Shown piece by piece: positions 33,521-43,514 of a DNA stretch of 64,000 nucleotides. Within the stretch, counting starts at the first letter, position 1. The number at the start of each line of letters is the position of its first letter. Source of the stretch: an uncultured Eubacteriales bacterium (GTDB lineage: Bacteria > Bacillota > Clostridia > Lachnospirales > Anaerotignaceae); NCBI GenBank assembly GCA_949743895.1, contig CATJUX010000044.1, forward strand, positions 3,850-67,849, given 5' to 3'. A program made the translations under genes and the position numbers. The notes under the pieces are model-generated. The model was not told the origin of the DNA. It saw nothing but the letters and a program-made list of their open reading frames with translations, and searched no databases.

Positions 33521-34004
33521 CACACACGGAAGAACAGAAAGGGCTGAAAATGTCATTGAAAATTTCAAAGAGATAAAACATATAATCCATTTGGGCGATG
33601 TTGTGAAGGATGTCAAAAGTTTGATGAAGCTTTTTCCAGACAGAATTTTCAATTATGTTGCAGGGAACAATGATTTTTCTGGCGAGGCGCCTTTTGAAAA
33701 ACTGATTAGCATTGGAGGAAAAAAGTTTTTTATTACACATGGACATCGCCAGCGCGTGAACTATAGCCTTTTGAATTTGTCACTCATGGCAGTTGAAAAG
33801 GAAGCGGATGCCGCTCTTTTTGGTCACACACATTGTCCTTTTTATGACGAAAGCATGGGAATTGCGATTTTTAATCCCGGAAGCATATCGTTGCCAAGGA
33901 ACACAAATTTTCCAACGTTTGGAATTGTTGAAATAACTTGTAATGGGCGTGTCCTTTTTGACACATATGAATTTGTTTCGAAAGATAATTTCAAAAAATT
34001 ATAA
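33492..34004 (+). CDS. YfcE/YsnB-family metallophosphoesterase
   Basis: ISDTHG, HLGD, GNND, THGH, FGHTH, NPGS. Confidence 0.92.
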   Translation: MFLKVMIISDTHGRTERAENVIENFKEIKHIIHLGDVVKDVKSLMKLFPDRIFNYVAGNNDFSGEAPFEKLISIGGKKFFITHGHRQRVNYSLLNLSLMAVEKEADAALFGHTHCPFYDESMGIAIFNPGSISLPRNTNFPTFGIVEITCNGRVLFDTYEFVSKDNFKKL

Positions 34005-34022
34005 AAAAACTATAAAAAACTA

Positions 34023-34051
34023 TTGACAATTTTTATTATATGTTGTAGAAT
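34023..34051 (+). promoter_or_regulatory. Sigma-A promoter of tRNA-Gly/tRNA-Arg
   Basis: TTGACA-17 bp-TAGAAT. Confidence 0.8.
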
Positions 34052-34066
34052 ACTCATTGTTGGTAT

Positions 34067-34137
34067 GCGGGTGTAGTTCAATGGTAGAACGTCAGCCTTC
34101 CAAGCTGAACACGTGAGTTCGATTCTCATCACCCGCT
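34067..34137 (+). tRNA. tRNA-Gly(TCC)
   Basis: Cloverleaf GCGGGTG...CACCCGC-T; anticodon loop CTTCCAA; CCA not encoded. Confidence 0.97.
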
Positions 34138-34163
34138 TTTTTAAGTCTCAAAAAAGACTATAC

Positions 34164-34237
<74 letters not shown>

Positions 34238-34240
34238 CTT

Positions 34241-34268
34241 AACCTTCTGCTTGTGCGGGAGGTTTTTT
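34241..34268 (+). terminator. Intrinsic terminator after the tRNA pair
   Basis: AACCTTCTGC-TTGT-GCGGGAGGTT followed by TTTT. Confidence 0.85.
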
Positions 34269-34354
34269 GTTTCATCATCAAAACAACAATATGCTGTGAC
34301 AGAAGTATGTTTGAACTTGAGTTGCCCAACAGCGCTGTTATGGCCAAAGTTATA

Positions 34355-34382
34355 TTGACATTTGAAGTTTCTATTGTATAAT
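34355..34382 (+). promoter_or_regulatory. Sigma-A promoter of tRNA-Leu
   Basis: TTGACA-16 bp-TATAAT. Confidence 0.7.
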
Positions 34383-34439
34383 ATTATATTGGCGGCGCAA
34401 AACAATGTGACATATTTTTGTTTTGCTGATGGTTTTTGA

Positions 34440-34519
34440 GCGGATATGGCGGAACTGGCAGACGCGCTGGACTTAGAATCCAGTCCGAGAGGGTGCAGGG
34501 TCGATTCCTGTTATCCGCA
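34440..34519 (+). tRNA. tRNA-Leu(TAG) with atypical T-loop (G54)
   Basis: GCGGATA/TATCCGC acceptor; CTGGA-CTTAGAA-TCCAG anticodon arm; variable arm; T arm GCAGG-GTCGATT-CCTGT. Confidence 0.9.
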
Positions 34520-34670
34520 TTGAAAGCAGGTTTTCATTCTCGAAAATCTGTTTTTTTGTGCAAAAAATTCTTTGGTTTGCGGTTATGCTCTGGCCATTTC
34601 TATAACGACACAAACAGCAATTCAATTTTGGGAATGATGAATTTATGAAATCATGTTTATGTCATAGTCA

Positions 34671-34684
34671 TGAATAATTATACT
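34671..34684. promoter_or_regulatory. Candidate ARG box (ArgR operator)
   Basis: TGAATAATTATACT versus consensus TGMATWWWWATKCA, 17 bp upstream of the -35 hexamer. Confidence 0.45.
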
Positions 34685-34701
34685 TTATTTTGATTAAAAT
34701 A

Positions 34702-34730
34702 TTGACTTTTATAATATTATAACGTATAAT
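34702..34730 (+). promoter_or_regulatory. Sigma-A promoter of the amino-acid ABC operon
   Basis: TTGACT-17 bp-TATAAT. Confidence 0.8.
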
Positions 34731-34787
34731 ACCGTGATAATGAAATAAAGAGTTGATCATTATCAAACAAAAAGGAGAGGTTTTAAT

Positions 34788-35600
34788 ATGAAAATAAATT
34801 CAAGAATTGTGGCTGGAATTGTGGCCGGAGTTATGGCATTTGCAATGGCGGGCTGTTCCTCAAAGGAAACAAATGATTCATCTGGCGCTGACAACAGCAA
34901 CAGTGTTTCAAGCGACAGCACTTCGGGCTCAGAGAAAAAAGAAAAACTTATAATGGCAACAAATGCCGCATTCCCTCCATATGAATTCTATGACAACAAC
35001 CAGATTGTTGGCATTGACGCTGAAATAGCTGCAGCTTTGGCTGAAAAAATGGGAATGGAGCTCTCAATTGAGGATATGGAATTTGGCTCAATAATAACAG
35101 CTGTTCAAAGTGGAAAAGCCAACATGGGCATGGCCGGAATGACAGTCACAGAAGACAGGCTTGTCAGCGTTGATTTCACGGACAGCTATGCCGAGGGCTA
35201 TCAGGTTATCATTGTTAAGGAAGGCTCGCCAATACAACAGGCCGATGATTTGGCTGACAAAACTGTTGGAGTTCAGGAAAACACAACAGGTGACATATAC
35301 ATAACAGACGATTATCCTGATGCCACAGTTTTGCGCTATAGCAAAGGAACAGAGGCTGTTCTTGCGCTTTCACAGGACAAAATAGACGCGGTTGTCATTG
35401 ACAGAGAACCGGCAAAAGCTTTTGTTGAGGCCAACGAAGGGCTTGTGATTCTTCCCACAGAATATGTGATTGAACAATATGCAATTGCTGTTGCAAAAGG
35501 CAATGACGAATTCCGCGAAGAACTTAATGCAGCGCTTAAAGAGCTGATTGACGATGGAACAGTTCAGGGAATAATTGATAAATATATAACAGCTGAATAA
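34788..35600 (+). CDS. Polar amino-acid ABC transporter substrate-binding lipoprotein
   Basis: Lipobox MAGC; MATNAAFPPYE, GIDAEI, GMTVTEDR. Confidence 0.93.
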   Translation: MKINSRIVAGIVAGVMAFAMAGCSSKETNDSSGADNSNSVSSDSTSGSEKKEKLIMATNAAFPPYEFYDNNQIVGIDAEIAAALAEKMGMELSIEDMEFGSIITAVQSGKANMGMAGMTVTEDRLVSVDFTDSYAEGYQVIIVKEGSPIQQADDLADKTVGVQENTTGDIYITDDYPDATVLRYSKGTEAVLALSQDKIDAVVIDREPAKAFVEANEGLVILPTEYVIEQYAIAVAKGNDEFREELNAALKELIDDGTVQGIIDKYITAE

Positions 35601-35625
35601 TATACATATTGAAACAAGCAACATC

Positions 35626-35665
35626 AGCCTGCCAGAGCCTTTTTTTGGAAAAAATCTGGCGGGCT
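35626..35665 (+). other. Intercistronic stem-loop between SBP and permease genes
   Basis: AGCCTGCCAGA...TTTTTT-GG-AAAAAA-TCTGGCGGGCT. Confidence 0.6.
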
Positions 35666-35754
35666 TTAGAACTTTATAACAGCTGTTTTTGACGCTGTTC
35701 GAAAAATGCAATATATGGTTTGATGTTTTGTGAGATTTGGAAAGGGGTTTGGTC

Positions 35755-36447
35755 TTGAGTGATTTCAAGCTTAGATTTATAAACAATTTTATAAAGGATG
35801 ACAGATGGCGCTATATTACTGACGGCCTTTGGGTCACTTTGGAAATAACATTTTTTGCAGTGATAATTGGAATTGTGATTGGGTTCATTGTGGCTGTCAT
35901 ACGTTCAACGTATGACAGAACAGGGAAGTTTAAGCTGCTCAACTCAATTTGCCGTTTATACTTGACTGTCATAAGAGGAACTCCTGTAGTTGTGCAGCTT
36001 ATGATAATGGTTTTTGTTATATTTTCAAAAGCTCCCATGAATTTTACAATTTATGTTGCCATGCTTGCTTTCGGAATCAATTCCGGCGCTTATGTGGCCG
36101 AAATAGTGCGCGGCGGCATTATGAGCATTGACTATGGCCAGCTTGAAGCGGGAAGAAGCCTTGGCTTTAGCTATGCACAAACAATGTGGTATGTCATTGC
36201 GCCACAGGCATTCAAAAACGTTTTGCCGGCTTTGGCAAACGAATTCATTGTTCTTTTGAAAGAAACTTCAGTTGCAGGATACATCGCTCTCCAAGATCTC
36301 ACAAAAGGCGGATATATCATATTGGGCCGAACATATGACGCTTTTATGCCGCTCATTGCTGTGGCGCTTATATACCTGGCGCTTGTTGTTGTGCTTTCGG
36401 CAGGAGTTGCAAGGCTTGAGAGGAGGCTGAGAAACAGTGACCACTGA
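35755..36447 (+). CDS. Polar amino-acid ABC transporter permease
   Basis: [39 protein letters not shown]. Confidence 0.95.
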   Translation: MSDFKLRFINNFIKDDRWRYITDGLWVTLEITFFAVIIGIVIGFIVAVIRSTYDRTGKFKLLNSICRLYLTVIRGTPVVVQLMIMVFVIFSKAPMNFTIYVAMLAFGINSGAYVAEIVRGGIMSIDYGQLEAGRSLGFSYAQTMWYVIAPQAFKNVLPALANEFIVLLKETSVAGYIALQDLTKGGYIILGRTYDAFMPLIAVALIYLALVVVLSAGVARLERRLRNSDH

Positions 36448-37186
36448 CAACGATGTTCTCATAAAAGTTAATAATATATCAAAACATTTTTCTGATGGAA
36501 AAGTTAAGGCATTAGACGGAATCACAACAGAAATACACAAGGGCGAAGTTGTTGTTATAATTGGGCCATCAGGCTCTGGAAAGTCAACTTTTCTGCGCTG
36601 TTTGAATCTTTTGGAAGTTCCAACAGGCGGCAGCATTTTGTTTGATGGCGTTGATTTGACGGCAAAAGAAGTCAACATTGACAAACATCGTCAAAAAATG
36701 GGAATGGTTTTTCAGCATTTCAACCTGTTTCCTCACATGACAATACTTAAAAACATGACAATTGCCCCAATCAAACTTCAAGGCAAAAGCGCAGCAGAGG
36801 CCGAAAAACTGGCAATCTCCCTCTTGGAAAGAGTTGGACTTGCCGGCCGGGCGGGGGCCTATCCCTCGCAGTTGAGCGGCGGACAAAAGCAGAGGGTTGC
36901 AATTGTGCGTGCTCTTTGCATGCAGCCTGAAGTCATGCTGTTTGACGAGCCCACAAGCGCGCTTGATCCTGAAATGGTTGGTGAAGTTTTGGAAGTCATG
37001 AAATCACTTGCCGTTGAGGGAATGACAATGGCAGTTGTGACACATGAAATGGGATTTGCCAGAGAAGTGGCTTCAAGAGTTATATTTGTTGATGGCGGAA
37101 AAATTGTTGAAGAAGGAACACCTCAGGAGATATTTACAAACCCTAAAAGTGATCGTCTTAAAGGGTTTTTGGCGAAAGTTTTATAA
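36437..37186 (+). CDS. Polar amino-acid ABC transporter ATP-binding protein (GlnQ-like)
   Basis: [33 protein letters not shown]. Confidence 0.96.
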   Translation: MTTDNDVLIKVNNISKHFSDGKVKALDGITTEIHKGEVVVIIGPSGSGKSTFLRCLNLLEVPTGGSILFDGVDLTAKEVNIDKHRQKMGMVFQHFNLFPHMTILKNMTIAPIKLQGKSAAEAEKLAISLLERVGLAGRAGAYPSQLSGGQKQRVAIVRALCMQPEVMLFDEPTSALDPEMVGEVLEVMKSLAVEGMTMAVVTHEMGFAREVASRVIFVDGGKIVEEGTPQEIFTNPKSDRLKGFLAKVL

Positions 37187-37199
37187 AACGAAAATTTAG

Positions 37200-37230
37200 A
37201 AAATCACCCCTGAAAAATTGGGGTGGTTTT
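37200..37230 (+). terminator. Intrinsic terminator
   Basis: AAAATCACCCC / GGGGTGGTTTT. Confidence 0.75.
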
Positions 37231-37750
37231 ATTTTGCTGTAACTTGGTTTTCAAGCTGTGGCGTGTCAGCATAGCTGGAAGAAATGATATGCCTCATTTG
37301 TCTGTTTCAAATCAATTCAATTGTATCATATGCACCTTTCCGTTTGTCGCATGCATTTGCCTTAAAAACAGTTGTTTATAAATATGTCATTTTACACAAC
37401 AATGACAACTTTTTCTGTTTTTTTGATGATGGTGACATATATTCAATTCGATGAAATCTGCATTTTTGTTGGCAAAATATGAATATGAATTTTTCAATGC
37501 ATTAGCAAATTTGAGTATAGCGGGTTTGTTAATATTGCTATTTTTTGCAATATGTATTTTGAAATGGTTATTTTTTAAAAATAGCTAATTTTCAGTGTTA
37601 AAATTCGTATAAAATAACGAAAAAAATCTGAAAATATACGAACTTTGTTTGTATATACAAACTTTGTAAATTTTCAAAAAAATTTTTGACGGTTTTGAAT
37701 GTTTTTTTGTATCATAATTGTAGTGAAAACAACGAAAAAATTAGTACGCC

Positions 37751-37779
37751 TTGTGAAAAGTGTTCAATTGTGCTAAAAT
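37751..37779 (+). promoter_or_regulatory. Putative sigma-A promoter of PFOR (a second candidate lies at 37686-37715)
   Basis: TTGTGA-17 bp-TAAAAT with extended TG; upstream TTGACG-18 bp-TATCAT. Confidence 0.55.
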
Positions 37780-37846
37780 ATAAACAACGTAGTACATTGT
37801 TACTGCAATGTTTATTAAAGCTACAATTTCATAGGGGGGAAAATTA

Positions 37847-40800
37847 ATGAAAAAACAGTTGACGAAAGCTACAATGGACGGCAACACCGCAGCCGCTCAT
37901 GCTTCTTATGCTTTCACTGAAGTAGCTACAATTTATCCTATAACTCCTTCTTCTGTTATGGCCGAAATGGTTGACGAGTGGAGTGCCAACGGAAAGAAAA
38001 ACATATTTGGACAGCCTGTAGAGGTTAGAGAAATGCAACACGAGGGTGGAGCAGCAGGAGCTGTTCATGGTGTCCTTCAGGGCGGAGCCATTGCTTCAAC
38101 ATATACAGCAAGCCAGGGCCTCATGCTCATGCTTCCTAATATGTATAAAATCGCTGGCGAACTTCTTCCTGGCGTTTTCCATGTAAGCGCCCGCGCACTT
38201 GCCTCCAATGCTCTCTCAATTTTTGGAGATCATCAAGACGTTATGACATGCCGCAACACAGGCTTCACACTTCTTGCCGGAAGTTCTGTTCAGCAGGCAT
38301 TTCACATGGGATGCATTGCTCACCTTTCTGCAATTAAAAGCAGAATCCCTGTTCTTCACTTCTTTGATGGTTTCAGAACAAGCCATGAGTATCAAAAAAT
38401 TGAACTTATAGACTATGAAGATCTCAAAGAACTTGTTGACTGGGATGCACTCAGAGCTTTCAGAGACAATGCTCTCAACCCTGATCATCCAAAGAGCAGA
38501 GGTTCGGCCGAAAACCCTGACGTTTTCTTCCAGTCAAGAGAATCTGTCAACAAATTCTATGACGCAATTCCGGGAATTGTTCAGGAATATATGGACAAAA
38601 TTAATGAAATTGCCGGAACTGACTACAAACTTTTCAACTACTATGGTGATCCACAAGCCGAGGACATCATCATTTCAATGGGTTCTTCATGCGGCGTAAT
38701 CAGAGAAACCATTGAATATTGGAATGCCAAAGGCAAAAAACTTGGCCTTGTTGAAGTTCATCTCTACAGACCATTTAATGCAAAAGCGTTGCTTGAGGCC
38801 GTTCCAGCTTCTGTTAAGAGAATTGCTGTTCTTGACAGAACGAAAGAGCCTGGTGCTCCAGGTGAGCCTCTCTATCTTGACGTTAAAAACACATTTGCTG
38901 ACAGTGACAGAAAACCTCTCATTGTTGGCGGACGTTATGGCCTTGGTTCCAAAGACTTCACTCCTATGGACGTTATGGCTGTCTATAAAAACCTCACAGT
39001 TGCCGATCCAAAAAACAACTTCACAGTTTCAATTGTTGACGATGTCACAAACCTTTCACTTCCGGTTTATGACACACCGTTTGACTCGACTCCTGAAGGC
39101 AACTTCTCATGCAAGTTCTGGGGTCTTGGCTCTGACGGAACTGTAGGTGCAAACAAATCAGCTGTTAAAATCATTGGAGATCACACAGATTATAACGCTC
39201 AGGCTTATTTTGCATATGACTCAAAGAAATCAGGCGGTGTCACAATTTCTCACCTCCGTTTTGGGCCGAAGAAAATTGAGGGTTCATATCAAATTAAGGC
39301 GGCAAACTTCATCGCTTGCCACAATCAGGCATATGTTGATAAATATGATCTCATTGGAGATCTCAAAGAAGGCGGAAGCTTCCTTCTTAACACAATTTGG
39401 TCTGAAGAAGAACTTGAAGCAAACATTCCGGCCGAACTCAAAAGAAAGATTGCAGAGAAAAAAGCCAACTTCTATACACTTAATGCTGTTGACATAGCCA
39501 AAGAAATTGGCCTTGCCGGACGTATCAACATGATTATGCAGGCTGCATTCTTTGCCATTTCAAAAATTATACCTGTTGAAGACGCTGTTAAATATCTCAA
39601 AGACCAGGTCAACAAAACATATGGCGCCAAAGGACAGGACATTGTTGACATGAACTGTGCCGCAATTGAAAAAGGCGTCACAATGATTAAGAAAATTGAT
39701 GTTCCTGAATCATGGGCAACAGCAAAGGATGAACCAAAAGCTGACAACCCTGAAATTCCTAAGTTCTTCAAAGAAGTTCTTTACAAAATGGGCCGTCAGG
39801 AGGGCAACGATCTTCCTGTAAGCGCATTTAACGGCCGTGAAGACGGAAGCTGGGATCCGGCTTACACAAAATGGGAAAAACGCGGCATAGCCATTGATGT
39901 TCCTGAATGGGATGTTGAAAAATGTATACAATGTAACAGATGTTCAATTGTATGTCCTCATGCTGTAATACGCCCAACTCTCCTCAATGATGAAGAAGCG
40001 GCAAAAGCTCCTGAAGGATATGCAATGAAGAAAGCCAATGGATTTGAAGGACTTCAATATCATCTTTCAATTTCAGGTTTGGACTGCACAGGCTGTGGCG
40101 TATGTGTTAAAGCCTGTCCAGCAAAAGAAAAAGCGCTCACACTCAAGGCATTTGCTCCTATGAAAGACAAAATGACTGCTGAATGGGATTATACAATTGC
40201 CAATGTGAAAGAAAAAGAAATTTCTGAAAAACAAAAAGAAACTGTCAAAGGAAGCCAGTTCCTCAAACCATATCTTGAGTTCTCTGGAGCTTGTGCCGGA
40301 TGTGGCGAGACACCTTATCTCAAGCTTATCACACAGCTTTTTGGCGGAAGAATGAGAATTGCCAACTCAGCAGGCTGCACACACATTTGGGGCGGCTCTC
40401 CTGAAATTCCATTCTGCACAGACGAGAGAGGATTTGGCGTTGCATGGGCAAGCGGTCTTTTTGAAGACACCGCTGAATATGGCTATGGAATGTATCTTGG
40501 AACAAAGGCTGTGCGCACATGGCTGAAAGCAAGAGTTGACGAGCTTGTTGAAAAAACCAACAATGCAGAGCTCAAAACAGCAGCAAAAGAATGGGCCGAC
40601 AACTATATGGTTGCTGACGGAACAAGGGAAAGAGCCGACAAATTTATTGCAGCCATGGAAGCTGCTGGTGTTGAAGGCAATGCCGAGCTTAAAGCTATAT
40701 ATGAAAGAAAAGATTATCTTGTGAAACAGTCTCAGTGGATTGTTGGTGGCGATGGCTGGGCATATGACATAGGCTACAGCGGACTTGACCATGTTATTGC

Positions 40801-41371
40801 AGCAGGTGAAAATGTAAACATAATATGTGTTGACACAGAGGTTTATTCCAACACAGGCGGACAGTCCTCTAAAGCAACACCAACAGCAGCCATTGCTCAG
40901 TTTGCGGCCAGTGGCAAGAAGACAAAGAAGAAAGATCTTGGAATGATGTGCATGAGCTATGGATATGTCTATGTGGCTCAGGTTGCCATGGGCTATGATC
41001 CTCAGCAGACACTTACAGCCATTAGAGAAGCCGAGGCATATGATGGGCCGTCTGTTATCATTGCTTATGCTCCATGCATTAACCATGGAATCAAAGGCGG
41101 CATGAGCAATGCGCAAATCCGTGCGAAACAGGCTGTTGAAGCTGGATATTGGCACTGCTATAGATTTAACCCTGATCTTAAGAAAGAGGGCAAAAATCCG
41201 TTTATCCTTGACTCCAAAGTTCCTACGGCCGACTTCAAAGATTTCCTTATGGGCGAAGTTCGTTACACTTCACTCTACAGAAAATTCCCAGAAATTGCTG
41301 ACGAGCTTTTTGCTAAGGCAGAAAAAGATGCAAAAGACCGTATGGAATCATATCTTGCACTTGTTAAGTGA
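37847..41371 (+). CDS. nifJ: Pyruvate:ferredoxin (flavodoxin) oxidoreductase, single-chain NifJ type
   Basis: YPITPSS, FDGFRTSHE, GSDGTVGANK, CIQCNRC / CTGCGVC, GACAGCGE, GGDGWAYDIG. Confidence 0.98.
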   Translation: MKKQLTKATMDGNTAAAHASYAFTEVATIYPITPSSVMAEMVDEWSANGKKNIFGQPVEVREMQHEGGAAGAVHGVLQGGAIASTYTASQGLMLMLPNMYKIAGELLPGVFHVSARALASNALSIFGDHQDVMTCRNTGFTLLAGSSVQQAFHMGCIAHLSAIKSRIPVLHFFDGFRTSHEYQKIELIDYEDLKELVDWDALRAFRDNALNPDHPKSRGSAENPDVFFQSRESVNKFYDAIPGIVQEYMDKINEIAGTDYKLFNYYGDPQAEDIIISMGSSCGVIRETIEYWNAKGKKLGLVEVHLYRPFNAKALLEAVPASVKRIAVLDRTKEPGAPGEPLYLDVKNTFADSDRKPLIVGGRYGLGSKDFTPMDVMAVYKNLTVADPKNNFTVSIVDDVTNLSLPVYDTPFDSTPEGNFSCKFWGLGSDGTVGANKSAVKIIGDHTDYNAQAYFAYDSKKSGGVTISHLRFGPKKIEGSYQIKAANFIACHNQAYVDKYDLIGDLKEGGSFLLNTIWSEEELEANIPAELKRKIAEKKANFYTLNAVDIAKEIGLAGRINMIMQAAFFAISKIIPVEDAVKYLKDQVNKTYGAKGQDIVDMNCAAIEKGVTMIKKIDVPESWATAKDEPKADNPEIPKFFKEVLYKMGRQEGNDLPVSAFNGREDGSWDPAYTKWEKRGIAIDVPEWDVEKCIQCNRCSIVCPHAVIRPTLLNDEEAAKAPEGYAMKKANGFEGLQYHLSISGLDCTGCGVCVKACPAKEKALTLKAFAPMKDKMTAEWDYTIANVKEKEISEKQKETVKGSQFLKPYLEFSGACAGCGETPYLKLITQLFGGRMRIANSAGCTHIWGGSPEIPFCTDERGFGVAWASGLFEDTAEYGYGMYLGTKAVRTWLKARVDELVEKTNNAELKTAAKEWADNYMVADGTRERADKFIAAMEAAGVEGNAELKAIYERKDYLVKQSQWIVGGDGWAYDIGYSGLDHVIAAGENVNIICVDTEVYSNTGGQSSKATPTAAIAQFAASGKKTKKKDLGMMCMSYGYVYVAQVAMGYDPQQTLTAIREAEAYDGPSVIIAYAPCINHGIKGGMSNAQIRAKQAVEAGYWHCYRFNPDLKKEGKNPFILDSKVPTADFKDFLMGEVRYTSLYRKFPEIADELFAKAEKDAKDRMESYLALVK

Positions 41372-41434
41372 TGATTTTGCGGGATTGGCAGGCTCATGAT
41401 TTTTAGAGTCTGGCTTATGCGATGATAATATATT

Positions 41435-41466
41435 GGGAGCGCCAGTTTTTTGGCGCTCCTTTATTT
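41435..41466 (+). terminator. Intrinsic terminator after nifJ
   Basis: GGGAGCGCCA / TGGCGCTCCT followed by T-rich tail. Confidence 0.85.
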
Positions 41467-41746
41467 TTGCTGAATTAGATTTAATTGTAATGGCTGAAAA
41501 TTGGTTGTTTTATACAAAAATATGAATGGATTCGGTTTCATTTTATTTACATTTGAGATTGATCCATGTGAAAGGAATGTGGATTGAAATTTGAATCGGG
41601 CGAAAGCAACTTAAAAAGCTATCATGTTATCACATATACAAAAACTGCAAATTGAAACTCATTGTCTGATCCTAAATATTTATTTTTGCTGTGCAATATA
41701 TTTGCTGCAAACATAGAAGAAATTTTTGGCGTCATAATAAAAATCA

Positions 41747-41775
41747 TTGACAATATGTTTGTATTGTGATAAAAT
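41747..41775 (+). promoter_or_regulatory. Sigma-A promoter of tRNA-Ala
   Basis: TTGACA-17 bp-TAAAAT with extended TG. Confidence 0.8.
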
Positions 41776-41803
41776 AACTTTGTTGTTATGAAATGATTGT
41801 TTT

Positions 41804-41876
41804 GGGGGTATAGCTCAGCTGGGAGAGCGCTTGAATGGCATTCAAGAGGCCAGCGGTTCGATCCCGCTTATCTCCA
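41804..41876 (+). tRNA. tRNA-Ala(GGC)
   Basis: GGGGGTA/TATCTCC with G3:U70; anticodon loop ATGGCAT. Confidence 0.97.
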
Positions 41877-42129
41877 TTCATGTTTTTGGGAAAGTCAGTT
41901 TTGACTTTCTTTTTTTATTCAATGAAGCTTTATTGGCTATATCAGACAGATTGAGAGATTCTCAATTTGAAATATAACTAATATATAAATTGATGTTTGA
42001 TGATTTGAATTGATGATTTGTACAGAATTTTGGGAATGTATTAAAAAGTGTTAAAATTTGCTCAATTGTGTGTGAGTGATTGCATGAAAGAATTTTTGTG
42101 ACAAAAAATTGAATGATTTTTATATATGG

Positions 42130-42171
42130 AAAAAACCGCTTTGAACCAGTTTTTGGACTAAAGCGGTTTTT
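42130..42171. terminator. Bidirectional terminator downstream of ssrA
   Basis: AAAAAACCGCTTT / AAAGCGGTTTTT. Confidence 0.8.
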
Positions 42172-42178
42172 GTTTGAA

Positions 42179-42528
42179 TGGAGATGAGGAGAATCGAACT
42201 CCTGTCCGAAAACCCTTCCGTGAGAACTTCTTCCATCATAGCTGATTGTTTGAAATTTCCCTCAAGCTGCCGCCAGTCAGCAGGCTGCAGTCGTTGGTAG
42301 CTTCATTGATCTTTTCATGCCTCAAAGCTTTGGCATGAAAGTGCCCCGCATTGTCGGCGCCGGTTGCTTTGGCCGCGGGAGGTCAAAGGCCGACGGGCAG
42401 CACTTAGGCTGCCATTAAAGAATAATCTTTGTCGTTTCTTTTTAAAATTTTCCGGCTTGATGCGCAGTTACCGGCCTGCGGATGGCTATTCCCAGTTTCA
42501 AAGCTCCCGTCGAAACCATTACATCCCC
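42179..42528 (-). ncRNA. ssrA: tmRNA; predicted tag (A)DKDYSLMAA at 42433..42404
   Basis: 5' GGGGATGTAATGGTTTCGACGGG; 3' GGACAGGAGTTCGATTCTCCTCATCTCCA; G3:U70; short ORF ending AA-stop; adjacent to smpB. Confidence 0.96.
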
Positions 42529-42559
42529 ATGATGTGTTTGGGCAATGTTTTCAAACTGC

Positions 42560-43033
42560 TCAAACTGTCAAATTGCGGACTTTGAAATCTTTTTCAGCTT
42601 CTCTAAGCTGGTCTTTTTTTGCAATGCTTTGACGTTTGTCATATAATTTTTTGCCTTTTGCAATGCCTATATCCATTTTGACCAAGCTTTTGTGAAAATA
42701 GACTTTAAGCGGAACAACTGTATATCCAGCCTCTTGTATGGCTCTGAAAATTTTGTTTATTTCAGCCTTGTGAAGAAGAAGACGCCGCACACGCAAAGGA
42801 TCCTTGTTGAATATATTTCCCTGTTCATAGGGGCTTATGTGCATGTTATACACAAAGGCTTCTCCGTTTTCAATGCGTATAAAGCTTTCTTTCAAGCTGC
42901 ATTTGCCCATGCGCAAGCTTTTCACTTCTGTTCCGGCAAGGGATAATCCGGCCTGAAAAGTTTCTTCTATAAAATAGTCATGATAGGCTTTTTTGTTTTG
43001 AGCAATGAGCCGACTGTTTTTTTCTTTGGCCAA
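42560..43033 (-). CDS. smpB: SsrA-binding protein
   Basis: [31 protein letters not shown]; TTG start after GGAGGTG. Confidence 0.98.
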   Translation of the reverse strand: MAKEKNSRLIAQNKKAYHDYFIEETFQAGLSLAGTEVKSLRMGKCSLKESFIRIENGEAFVYNMHISPYEQGNIFNKDPLRVRRLLLHKAEINKIFRAIQEAGYTVVPLKVYFHKSLVKMDIGIAKGKKLYDKRQSIAKKDQLREAEKDFKVRNLTV

Positions 43034-43463
43034 AATTATCACCTCCATGCAAAGTTTTTCAAAGTTGAATTTCAGCACGCTTCTTATTATATCACAAAAA
43101 TAAAAAGATTTGTATTAAATATATGTTACAAAAAAATAGGTGTTTTGACTTTATGCGTCAAAATTTGATGTGGCCACTGAACATAAATTTTGAAATGATT
43201 TGTTGCTGAAATTGATGTGCAGTTTTGCGAAAAGCGTTCAATGCTTTGAAAGAAGCCGTTGTTTTTGGGAATTTATGCCTCACAAAAATTTGGCATGTGT
43301 TTGGGCTTTGTTGGAATGAAAGAAGCTTGAGACGCAAATGTTTTTCAGAAGCAAAATTCAAGGAACTTGCAATGATTTTGAAATGGCAATGTTTGGGAGT
43401 GTTTCATTTTTGGAACATGAATCTTATCTCGTGTGATGACGCTTGCGATGAATTTGAATAAAG

Positions 43464-43512
43464 AAACCACTGGCAAAAAAACGAACGGAAACATTTTTTG
43501 CCAGTGGTTTTT
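43464..43512. terminator. Intrinsic terminator downstream of the cupin gene
   Basis: AAACCACTGGCAAAAAA / TTTTTTGCCAGTGGTTT. Confidence 0.8.
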
Positions 43513-43514
43513 GT

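Noticed and set aside
37751-37768. Rex operator upstream of nifJ (TTGTGAAAAGTGTTCAAT)
   Set aside because: Only the left half matches; the right half is out of register.
40367-41155. 262-aa minus-strand ORF and other long overlapping ORFs (e.g. 23985..24776, 23140..23883, 9672..10289)
   Set aside because: All lie antisense to highly conserved genes and are explained by codon bias; no motifs.
43090-43461. 67-78-aa ORFs between smpB and the cupin terminator
   Set aside because: No SD, atypical composition, no recognisable homology; probably smpB promoter/UTR DNA.
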